Of a DNA stretch of 64,000 nt, positions 12,905 through 24,092 are shown piece after piece. Origin of the DNA: Carcharhinus longimanus (lineage: Eukaryota); assembly GCA_030264375.1 (NCBI GenBank), contig JASCQW010000032.1, positions 70,074,581 through 70,138,580 on the forward strand, given 5' to 3'. Made by a program: the position numbers and the translations under genes. Numbering within the stretch: position 1 is the stretch's first letter; every line of letters starts with the position of its first letter. The notes beneath the pieces are model-generated. The model was not told where the DNA came from. It ran no database searches and saw nothing but the letters and a program-made list of their open reading frames with translations.

Positions 12905-13178
12905 ATGACTGTGGAGTTTATACATTCTCCCCGTGACTGTGTGAGTTTCCTCTGGGTGCTCCGGCTTCCTCCCACAATCCAAAGATGTGCAGGTTAGGTA
13001 AATTGGCCATGCTAAACTTCCTCTTCATGCCCAAGATGTGTAGGATAGGGGGATGTGTGGAGTAAATATTTGTGATTGCAGGGATAGGGCCTGGGTAAGA
13101 CATTCAGTGGGAGAGTTGGTGCAGATTTGCTGGGCCAAATGGCTTCCTTCTGCACTGCAGGGACTCTATAATTCTACG
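12905..13178 (+). mobile_element. HE1-like V-SINE, tail type A, 5' truncated
   Basis: Core and GGGCCAAATGGCTTCCTTCTGCACTGCAGGGACTCTAT tail. Confidence 0.85.
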
Positions 13179-14319
13179 ATGCCAAGGAAAATAGTTTTAT
13201 CCGGCATCCATGCACTTTTTCCTCTGAAAAAGTCTCTTTCCATTAACAGTAAAACCAAGGAGCTGGAATCAGTGGAAGATGGAAATGAGAAGGGAAGATT
13301 GGTTAGAAGGATGGGCTGATCATTCTTGAAGTGGGATCTTATGGTTTTCATCCACAGACAATTAACTAGTTAATAATGCACTGAAAGCCTAAACAAAAGA
13401 GAGGAAGATTTTCAGAATTTCATCCTGGGCAAATCAAGCTTACTCTATAAGATTCATTCTTGGGATGTGGCATGGCCAGCTTTTATTGCCCATTCCTGAG
13501 AAGCTGGGCCTTCTCAGTCTGCTGGTAGTGGTTTCACACAACAGAGCGGTTTGTGAGATATACCACTTCACAGGCATGGACTATGGGTGGGACTCGGGAT
13601 CCAGGAAAGAGGTGTGGAGACGGTGCCAAACACCAGTATCCAGGAGCGGGGGGATGTAGAAAGTGCCAAATATTGGGACCTGGGGTTAGAGGGGCCTGTG
13701 CTCCAATGAAGACTGAGGAGCCAGACCATAGACTAGCTTCAAAAAATCTAACCCAGAGAGTTTCAATCTTCTTAAAGCCAGTTTATCAGTGTCAGTTTCA
13801 TTGAATTGCTGTGCTGCTGCTTTCAATCTACAGGCAGCTTTGTGGGTGTGATTTCTTTTTAAATCCACGAAGAAAGCACAAAACCGCCCCAAGGTCAGCT
13901 GCTCAGCAATTGTCAGGAGAGTGTTCTTGCACGAAGAATGGTGAGCGAAATCCCTGAAATTTTACAACCAATTAAATACGGTATGCATGTGTTTGGTGGG
14001 GGAGCGGGGTTGGAGGGAGGGGAGAGGAGGTGTATGGGTCAAGATTGGAGATGCGGTTGTGGGAAGGATAGAGGGGAGGCTGGAGGAGAGGTTGGAGGAG
14101 TAGGTCAGGAGGAGTTGGTAGGGGGTTTAGGGAAGTTAGAAGTTGGATGGCTTGTTGTGAAGGAGGTTAACTGGTTAGCTACAGTGTAACTGCTGCACTG
14201 CTCAATTAGTGCAATGGGCTGGGAGACAACAGCCTGTAGCAGGACTCGTGACTGGCGTCCGGCCAACTACGAGTCTCCCAGGCAATGTTTTTCAATGTAA
14301 TCAGCCTCATGCTGGATTA

Positions 14320-14412
14320 TACATTTATATTACATTTTTCACTGGCTCAAATCGATTTTACAGCCAATTAAGTACTTTTGGGTTGTAGTCACTGGTATAG
14401 TGTAGGCCATGT
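14320..14412 (-). mobile_element. Ancient Deu-SINE/L2-type 3' tail fragment
   Basis: TTTACAGCCAATTAAGTACTTTTGGGTTGTAGTCACTG is related to 23640-23750 (+) and 26825-26938 (-). Confidence 0.5.
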
Positions 14413-15804
14413 TATCAAATGGCAGCCGGGTTTGAATGATTTATTCCTGCTCCTAGTATGCATGTTCGTATTTCATTCTGGGATGGATAAGATGATCTGA
14501 GTTAGATGGTCTTTGGCATCCATACTTATCCTGAGAATGGAGGGAGTAATCATGGCTGGAGTTCTGTTTATTTTGGTGCTTATGAAACTTTGCTGTGAAC
14601 ATTACTTATAGCATGAGATTGCTACAACAGGAGGGCATAATGGACAACAGTGAATCAGTAACCTGGTTTATACCACACATGATTCTCAAGAGGCTTTTCC
14701 ATTGACTTCAATCTTGTCATTTTGTCTACTTACCTATTTTCCCACTCTGTTTAGGTGCTTGTTATGAGTTTTATGAGGTATTAAAATATTTGGTTCAAGT
14801 TGTGCTGCATGGTAGATATTAAAAGTAAATAAATGAGAAGCAACAATCAGCAGAGTGTTCAGGCTTGCTAACCAAGAAAACACATACAGTTGTGAACCAT
14901 TCCATCTTTGAGCTCTGGCCTCTTAAAAATTGTGTTGCACAAAGACACCTGAGAGCTCCAGTGCTTCTCACTGATAGGAGACTAATGTTGTTCAATCATT
15001 CCAATTCATTGCTCATGAGTCAATTGATCCTTCTTGTGAGATTGTTGATGAAATGGAACAAAATAACACATCTTGCATGAAATAATTATATTGAATAATA
15101 TCAGGTACTCAGGAAAAAGAAAGTCTTTTCTACTTCTCCAGAATGGGAAAAGAAACCTTGTGCAGTTTATCAGAGTAGCAAGTATGAATGTTTTCCCTAA
15201 ATATGTTTCACTGGGATTTTACGTGAATTCCTGCCTGAGGCCAACGGGTAATTCCATTCTGCCAGCCTCGCCCACCCCGATTCTAGGGCGGACCACAAGA
15301 TGCGTTATGTAGAACATGTCAATGAGAGCTGAAACAGTCACCAAAATCAGCAATATTTTCCTGTCAAATTAACAATATTGCACAGTACGGGTTAAAGTTT
15401 TTACATTTTGGTTTGTTTAATGGTCACAATGGAATAAACAATAGCGCACAGGCGAACTAACGCTGCATTATATCATTGCTGCTCTTAATATTAAACACCC
15501 CTACTGCATATATATTGCATGATTTTGTAACCAGATGCCAATAATGAGAACCTTTCTGTGATTGTTTGGTGAATCTTAAAAGGAGAAAAAATATGCACGA
15601 TTGAGAGGTGGGTTAAAATGTCAGGTAGGTGGGGGGAGGGGTGTGATGTGGAGGAATAAGGGGCCTGGAAACAAGAGAGGTACTGTATCAGCCAATGAGT
15701 GGCCTGAGGACATCAAATTACAGGTAATGGGCAGGCTTTCAAAGTTGGAGGACCAATAGGAAAATGCAGCTTTTCATCACAGGCTGAGAGAAAAGATGTC
15801 CCTA

Positions 15805-17760
15805 GTTTTGTTTTGATTTGATTTATTATTGCCACAGTAAAAATATTATTTCTTATCTGCTGTACAGACAAAGCATCCCGTGCATAGAGAAGGAACGGAG
15901 AGAGTCCAGAATGTAGTGTTACAGTCATAAGCTAGGGTGCAGAGGAAGATCTAATTAATATGAGGTAGGTCCATTTAAAAGTCTGACAATAGCAGGGAGG
16001 AAGCTGTTTTTGAGTTGTTTGCGGAGTGATCTCAAACTTTTGCATCTTTTTCCCAACAGAAGAAGGCAGAAGATAGTATGTCAGGGGTGCTTGGGGTCCT
16101 TAATTGTGCTGGCTGCTTTTCCAAGGCAACGGGAAGTGTAGACAGAGTCAATAGATGGGAGGCTGGTTTGAGTGATAGACTGGGCTTTGTTCATGACTCT
16201 TTGTAGTTTCTTGTGGTCTTGGACAAAGAAGGAGCTATGATACAACCAGAAAGAATGCTTTCTATCATGCATCTGTAAACATTGGTGAGAGTCATAGTGG
16301 AAATGCCAAATTTCCTTAGTCTTCTGAGAAAGTTATTTCTCATCTTGTAATTCTCATCAGTAATTGGTGGCTTTCTTCATGATAATGTCAGCATGGAGCT
16401 ACCAGGAGGTTGTTGGTGGTCTGGACACATAGAAACTTGAAGCTCTCTCCCATTTCTTCTCTGTCCCCGTTGATTTGTCCTCCACTAGCTTCCTGAAGTC
16501 AATGACTATTTTCTTTGTTTTGTTGACATTGAGTTCACCAGACTCTTCATCTCTTTCCTGTACTCTGTCTTGTCATTGCTTGAGATCTGACCCACTGTGG
16601 TGGCGTCATCAGTAAACTTGAAAAATGAGCTGGAGGGGAATTTGGCCACACAGTCATACGTGCAAAAGGAGTATAGTAAGGGGCTGAGGACACAACCTTG
16701 TGGGGCACCAATGTTGAGGATGATCATGTAGGCGGTGTTGTTGCCTATCCTTATTGATTGTAGTCTGTGAGTTAGGAAGTTCAGGATCCAGTCGCAGAGG
16801 GAGAAGCTGAGCCCCTGGCCAGAGTTTGGAGATGAGTTTTGTAAGAATAATGGCGTTGAAGGCTGATCTATAGTTGATAAATAGGTGTCTTTGTTATCTA
16901 GGTGTTCCAGGGTTGAGTGCAGGACCAGGGAGATGGTGTCTGCTGTGGTCTAGTTGTGGCAGTAGGCAAATTGTAATGGACCCAGGCAATCTGGGAGGCT
17001 GGAATTGATTCGTGCTATGACTAACCTTCATGAGTACTTCGTAATGATGGATATCAGAGCCACTAGATGATAGTCATTAAGGCTTTTCTTTAATAGTGGG
17101 ATGATGGTTATTTTCTTGAAGTAGACAGGGACGGACTTCAGATTTTTGTAAAGAGGCATTGAAGATGTCTGCGATTATCCCCACCAGCTGGTCTGCACAG
17201 GATCTGAGTGTTCGTTCGGGTGCCCCATCCAGGCCAGTGGCTTTCCATGGGTTAACCTTTGAGAAGGCTGCTCTGATGTCTGAAATGGTGACCCCAGATA
17301 CAGGTTTGTCCGAGGCTTCCGAGGTGGAAGATGCGGTCTCGCTAACCTTTTGCTCAAAATGGGCATAGCATGCATTAAGTTCATTAAGGAGGGGTGCATT
17401 GGTACTAGCAATTTTACATGCTTTATCTTGTAGCCTGCTATGTCTTGCAGACCTTGCCATAGTCGGCGGGAGTCCATATGGCTAGCCTAGACTCCAGTTT
17501 GATCCGGTACTGTTTTTAATGAATTTCCTTAGATCATATCTGGCTTTCTTGTATAGGTCAACGTCGCCTCAGACCTGGATTTCAGCCGGCAGTGAATATC
17601 CCTGTTCATCCATGGTTTCCAGTTGGGAAACACATGGATTTGCTTCTTTTGGCAGACAGTCTTCTACTAATGAAACCAGTTACTGTATTGGCGTACTTGC
17701 TCAGGCAGGTCGCAGAGTTTTAAAATACTGACTCGTCTACTGACTCTAAGCATTGGTCCT
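15805..17760 (-). mobile_element. Rex1/Babar LINE, about 2 kb 5'-truncated decayed copy with RT domain
   Basis: Minus ORFs GAPQGCVLSPLLYS...KFTDDATTVGQIS (RT motifs), KKLQRVMNKAQSIT...RCLGKAASTIKDPKHP and VNPWKATGLDG. 3' end TGTGGCAATAATAAATCAAATCAAA. Confidence 0.92.
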
Positions 17761-18210
17761 AACAAAAGATAGATATTTTTATTTATGAGTGCCTAGTCCA
17801 TTATCTATGAGCAATTGATTTTTCACAACGGAAAATAATTTTAAAACATTAAAATGTTGAAATTTTAAAACATGACTGTTCATGCTTTTACAGTTAAAGA
17901 GTAGCTTAATTTGATTCAAAAAGCTTAATATCTGAAAAGATCACAATTGGAAACAATTGGTCAAAGCTTGCCTGAATGATTAATTCTAGGAGCAAGGACA
18001 GATTTGTGGGTTGGGCTGGTTTCCAACCTAATTCTTTCTACACTAGAGTTAAAGATCACGGAAACCTAATTACGTTCAACATTTTGCAATTAAAATTCCT
18101 CAATTTTTTTCCCACTGATTTGGCTGATTCCTATCAAATTGTGCTGTTTCTTGTAGAAACTCTCAGCCAGTTTGTCCGAATGCTTCTTTATTAAAGGTAT
18201 TTAATGGGGT

Positions 18211-18311
18211 AAAAATGAGGCATTGGTGGCTTTCTTAATGATAGCATCAGCATGGAGCTACCAGGAGATTGTTGGTGATCTGGACACATAGAAACTTGAA
18301 GCTCTTGACCA
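18211..18311 (-). repeat. Local duplicate of a Rex1/Babar segment (copy of about 16365-16447)
   Basis: Shares CAGCATGGAGCTACCAGGAG...CTGGACACATAGAAACTTGAAGCTCT with 16390-16445. Confidence 0.8.
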
Positions 18312-18392
18312 GAAGGCTCAAAACCCTTGTTAACCGCCATGGTGCAATACATGTCAATGTCAATTACAATGACACTTCTATTGTTTGATGTG

Positions 18393-18697
18393 GGATGGCA
18401 CAATGGTTGCCACTGCTGCCTCACAGCACCAGGGATCCAGGCTCAATTCAGCCTTGATGGCTGTCTGTGTGTTCTTTCCATGTATGCGTGTGTTTCCTCC
18501 GGGTGATCCAGCTTCCTCCCACACTCCAAAGGTGTGCAGATTAGGTGGATTGCCCCCACACTAGATTGCTCCTTAGTGTCAGGGGGATTAGCAGGGTAAA
18601 TACATTAGGGTACAGGAATAGAGCCTGGGTAGGATTGTTGAGAGTGCAGGATTGATGGGCTGAATGGTCACCTTCTGCACTGTAGAGATTCTATGAT
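18393..18697 (+). mobile_element. HE1-like V-SINE, tail type A
   Basis: Head, core and CCTTCTGCACTGTAGAGATTCTATGATT tail. Confidence 0.88.
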
Positions 18698-19956
18698 TGT
18701 TATCTTAAAGAAAATGCCACGAGAAAGGAACATTGGCCTTTTCAAAAGTTGGGTAACCTTTGAAGAAAATAATTACTTGTATTTCTCATCAGTAATGTTG
18801 CTACTGCTAGAAGGGGAAGGGTGAGCTTTAGTGGTGGCATTTGTGTGTTTCTGTCAGAAGGTGCAGGTCTTGAAAGTCAACTCTGTGTTGGCACTTAGAA
18901 GTATTGGCATCAAATGGATGGCCGCTTCCTCGGCATATGGATTGCGGGAGCCCATAAAATGCTTCCATCGTATAAGACAAGCCAACCTTTCGGCTGCTAT
19001 AAAGTTGGTTACTGCCATGGATGGCGCATTGACGTTGCAAGCAGTCAGGCTGTTAATTAGTCTGCGACTCCTGCCACTATTTCACACTCTTCTCCAAGAG
19101 AAGAGTGTGAAGATATGAATACTACAACAGTGACAGTAGGAGGTTCACAGACCAAGGAAAACACTCCCAAGTCAAAATGTGAAAGTCACGGCAGACTGCA
19201 TGACACTCCGCTCAGAATGGCGTTAAAGTGAAATCAGACCTATAGCCAGAGATGTGTGAAACATATATTTTTTGCCACTGTACTGCTGGGTTCTGTTTCA
19301 GCAAATTTTAATCCAGGCTGTCATTTCCATTTTATCAATTTTTAAAACATTCCATCATGAAATAAAAAAAAATCTAAAGCATGACAACAAATTTTGAAAT
19401 ATGAAAATGCCATCAAAAAATACAAAGAGTACAGATATTCAGGCTTTATAATTTAATGCACTTCCATCATTCAGTTTAAACCTAATGTGTTAAAGATGAA
19501 TGATGGCACCTGGTGAAGAATATGTAAAGTTTGCGAACATTTCCTTGACATCGATCATTACTTCAGCATCAGTAAATATTTTGACAATAATTGAATGATC
19601 TTGGACAAAGAATTGTGAGCCTTAGTTAAATATTTCGGATATCCAATCCTCAGTTTTCCAAATTGAATAAGCGCAAAACCATTTTGTGTGATAAAAGATG
19701 ATTTAGTCAGGAGGATGAATAGATAAGTGGACTCTAAACATTTTGCCAACCATCATCGGTGTTCCCCAGGGAAGTTCTACAACACTAGCAATAGAACACC
19801 TGCCTTAAAGCCACAAAGTCGCAGCTGGGTGAGTCTCTGCCTCAGCTCTGCTCATCGCAAGTTCACCAACTACTCAATAATCCAATGGACATTCTACATT
19901 ATAGAAGAATAGCTCAGTGCCTGGAAAGAGAGAGGCCAAAACTGATGCTGTTCATT

Positions 19957-20620
19957 GGGCAGAATCTCGTGGAGGCTACGCAGATCTCTGGACTGGCAAT
20001 CTTGACCCTTTGTTACTTCTATTCAGAAAGGCTTTCTGTGTCTTGTGCAACTGAGGGATTTTACAGACCAATGATAGGCTATCCTTGAGGATCAAGGACC
20101 CAGGGGTGCAAGTACTTCCCTCTGTCTCAGAGGCTGGCCAGTCTTCTGTATTCTCTGGCAGTGACTGTTGCGAGTGTTTCACCCAGTGAGGCCTCAGATC
20201 AAGGGGGACCCAGACACAGGTGGATGATGAAAGGAAAGGAGGTTGTGAGGGAGAGGTTTGGTAGCAAGGACAGGGGATTGGTTTCCAATGGGAATCACCA
20301 CCCCTGCCTCCCCCATCCCACCTCCCTGATGCCACATCCCTTGTTTAGACACTTTGGACAAAAGATCCACATTGGGAACTTGCAAAGAAGCATGGCAGGT
20401 TGCCGCGCTCCCTGCAGAGCGAGGCCATCGCCCCCACCACTGAGTTGACACTAGGGACAATGGGATGTATTCCTTTGACGGCATCAATTGCTCATTTAAG
20501 GGCTTCACTTGGCAGTGGGGTAGGAAGGCTGTTCATGCACCTTCCTGCCTGGGACTTAATCAAGGGGGAGGTGTCGATCACAGAATGACATAGGAAGATG
20601 GCAGGGCTCCCTCATGCCTT
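19957..20620. mobile_element. Degraded GGGCAGAAT-terminated DNA-transposon-like element
   Basis: Begins ATT-GGGCAGAATCTC. The GC-rich interior has CAATTGCTCATTTAAGGGC motifs similar to 43000-43030. Confidence 0.45.
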
Positions 20621-22304
20621 ATCAAGTGTCCTTCGTCATTAATCTCACCACAGCAGAGAGAACAGGATCCTGCCCCAGCTCTGTGAGTACGTATTCTGAT
20701 ATCACTGGCAGACTGGATATCCCCTAACTGTCCTAATCTCTGAGCTGATGGAGGAAACAAGGAGATAAGCTTGTGTTTTTAACTGAATAATTGATTCAAG
20801 CTAACAAGTTCAGCAAACAAAACTGTGCCCTCATTGACCAGTGATAGCACAAGTTAAACACAAGCTAAACCTCTTCCTCTTTCCTCAAGTATAGTGAGAC
20901 TGTTCACAGACAGCCTCCATTTTATGATCGGATGACAAGTTTGATCATGAGTGAGCTTGGTTAACTTGTTTGAGTTAATAATAATACTCTGTTGAAATTC
21001 CAGTGGACAGCAGTAAGGGTCATTTTAAACTGCTGAACCCAATTCAAGTGCGGCAAATTGGAATTTAGAGTGGGGTAGTTTATCGAGAATTTTTTTTTGG
21101 AAAAAAGAAAATAACAAACATGACATGTAGCAAGTCTGTAACCAATAAAACAGACAAGTGCAAGATGGATAAATTCTGCTGCATCTATTGTGAGAGGATG
21201 TGCATGACTGTGATTTCAGGCACAGATCATCTGAAGAGTTACTATAGAATCAGAGCAATTGGACTTATCAGATTTTTTAGCTTGTGGGTTGGAAGGGTTG
21301 GCAGACTCGGTTCTTAAGCAGTCACGGAAGTCAAATCTGCGACACTGAGATTATGAAACAAGTGTTTCTTCTGCCACATGGCCATCATGCCTCAGGTCAA
21401 ATGCTTCTTTTTAAATGCAAGAAAATCCAGATTTGGTGTAACAAGAAGTGCGCTGTATTTTGAAAAAAAGTTAACAGGAGCTGTCAGGGTCAACAGAAAG
21501 TCATCATCACTAAAATGTTGTCAGAAACAAGTGATGTGAATGAGAATTAACTGCAATGCTGGGCTAATACTGTGATGTGGAGCATTATTCCCAGTTAGTA
21601 ATGTCAGAAGACAGAATTTGAATATGTATTCAAATGAAGTTTACCTTACACTGAGTATAATTTAACTAATCAGTCCAAGCTTCAGTGACAGCAAAGAGAA
21701 AGCTATAACAGAGACATATAAACAAATTAGACAGTAAACCTTAATTTATGTGATAAGAGGAATTTACTCAATCACTTAGGCTGTTCTAGTGTTTACTAAA
21801 ACACAGTAAAAAGAGCTTAAGTACTGCATTTAATGGATCTAACCCCATTATAGATGCTTTCGTTTACATACATTGAGGGAGTTATAGTCAAATACCACAA
21901 GCCATAAAACATGGACTGATAAACAAATTTAACCAATCAGTAAATTAGCGAATCCACAAACAGAATATGTGATAGCTGGCTGGCAATTATCTAGAACTTA
22001 TTTACAACTGTATCTACTATTCAAGATGGAGTGATTACAACTTCATACATTTAGATAGGTGTTTTAACTCTCCTTTAGCAAGACCGAGTTGATTATGACA
22101 ATGATTACACATTGTCATTTACTCCAAACTGCACCAATTTATTTTCTTCTTTTGGGTAATGATTTGCTAGTCATGCACCACAGAGGTGGTTCAGGTATTA
22201 TCTTCGGAATGAGTGTCCCAGCTCCACGCTTGTGTTTATTTAAGCCTGGGTCCAAATGATCAGCTGTATCTTTCAGAGGTGCATTGTCCTCTCACTCCAC
22301 ATTG

Positions 22305-22556
22305 GTGCGGAGGGTGTGGAGAGTCTGCAGAAGGATCTAGATAGGCTGGGCGAATGGGCCAGGAAATGGCAAATGGAATTTNNNNNNNNNNNNNNNNNNN
22401 NNNNNNNNNNNNNNNNNNNNNNNNNNNNNNNNNNNNNNNNNNNNNNNNNNNNNNNNNNNNNNNNNNNNNNNNNNNNNNNNNTGATCTTATTGAATGGCGG
22501 GGCAGGCTCGAAGGGCCAGATGGCCTACTCCTGCTCCTATTTCTTATGTTCTTATA
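22305..22556 (+). mobile_element. Young CR1 copy collapsed across a gap
   Basis: LQKDLDRLGEWARKWQMEF before the gap and a CR1 tail after it. Confidence 0.88.
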
Positions 22557-22817
22557 AGACAGAGAGAATTTTTTGTCTGCAGCAAAGAAAAGTTTCAAAG
22601 TGTTCTTGCTCCCTGTGAAATCAATGGAATGAAAATCAGATGGATTCTGTAGTGGGTCAGTGGTCCGCCAGGCCAAGTTACCACCAAGGGATCAAAAATC
22701 CATCTTAACAATGTATGCTTTAACAATCTAGAGAATGCTGCATTGCCAGAACTGCAGTCTTTTAGAGGAAATTTTAAACCCAGATCCCATGTGGCTTCTC
22801 AGATAGACATAAACAAA

Positions 22818-23520
22818 GGGCAGAATTTTCCAAAAATAATGACAAAGTGTCTTCTCGGGCAGGAAGCCCAGTGTGGTTCCTGTTGTCTTGGGCAGTGTGA
22901 ACCTGCTCGCAATCTTCCTGCATTTTGTCATTTTTTTTTCTGGAGGGTGTGCTTTGCACTGTCATTGAAAGGGGTAGGGCCAAAAGATAGGGGTAAGTAG
23001 AGCTCTTCAGAGATTAAAAGGGCATTCTGATCTCAAATTAAGGTTGAAGACACCACTTGCCATCATCACACCCCCACCCCAGCCTCAACATCATCGCCCC
23101 ACACCACCCGCCCCACCCTTTCTCCAATCCAGGCATCATCGGGATCCTCCTGCCACTTGAGCACTACCGCAATAGGCCCCACCCTTTTCCCTGTCCCCTT
23201 CCAGTCCCGCTCTTCCTGGTCTCGCCTCTTCTGGTCCCAGTCCTTGGCAATGCCAGGGCTGCATAGTCCTCAGAGCTCCAGCATGGTCATCACGTCTCGT
23301 CTCTATTTTTGGACAGCAGTTGTGATTCCCACCGGGGTTACGTCATGTCAGTGGGTGGGAAGACCTGACATTCCAAGAAGATATAGCGTAATGCCAACAT
23401 TTAAATAGATCTCAAACTGATATCTCCCCATCACGGATCCCATTATGGCCCTTTCACAAGAGTTTCTGGCCATAACAAGATTTGTACCTGTGCTGAAAGG
23501 GGCCGGAGAATCATCTCCAG
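22818..23520. mobile_element. Degraded GGGCAGAATTTTCC-terminated DNA-transposon-like element
   Basis: Terminus identical to 49163 (GGGCAGAATTTTCCAAAA). C-rich interior. Ends near GGAGAATCATCTCC. Confidence 0.5.
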
Positions 23521-23639
23521 AATGATAAAAGACACTATTTCACAGTAGAGCAAGGAGTCCTGATAAATATGCAACAATACTAAACATTTTACCTTGTCAT
23601 CGTTTCATTATACGATACGGTGTCATTACGGTGTACACA

Positions 23640-23750
23640 CTGACCACGTTTCCTTCAATACAGCAATAATGTCACTTCAAAAGTATTTAACTGACTTGAG
23701 CTATTTGGGCCATTCTGAGATTGTGAAAAACACTCCATAAATACAAATAT
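23640..23750 (+). mobile_element. Deu-SINE/L2-type 3' tail fragment
   Basis: CACTTCAAAAGTATTTAACTGAC...GTGAAAAACACTCCATAAATACAAAT resembles the SacSINE1/AmnSINE1-type tail. Confidence 0.55.
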
Positions 23751-23825
23751 TTATTGTCCCTGTGCTCAATATGGAATCCTCCAACAATCAGTTTAATAAA
23801 CTCGCAATGAATACGTATAGAGAAA

Positions 23826-24092
23826 GGGCGGCACGGTGGCACAATGGTAAGCACTGCTGCCTCACAGCATCAGGAACCCAGGTTTGATTCCTGGCTTGGG
23901 TCACTGTCTGTGTGGAGTTTGCATGTTCTCACTGTGTCAGCATGGGTTTCCTCCAGGTGCTCTGGTTTCTTCTCACATTCTGAAAGACATGCTGGTTGCG
24001 TTGACCCGGGCTGTGGCGATTAGTGGATTTTCACAGTAATTTCTTTGCAGTGTTAATGTAAGCCTTACCTGTGACAAATAAATTAACTTTAA
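23826..24092 (+). mobile_element. V-SINE, tail type B (internal-deletion variant)
   Basis: Intact head GGGCGGCACGGTGGCACAATGGTAAGCACTGCTGCCTCACAGC. TTGACCCG junction. Type B tail. Confidence 0.9.

Noticed and set aside
23826-23900. tRNA-like A and B boxes in SINE heads
   Set aside because: They are SINE promoters continuing into SINE body, with no complete cloverleaf, so they are not tRNA genes.
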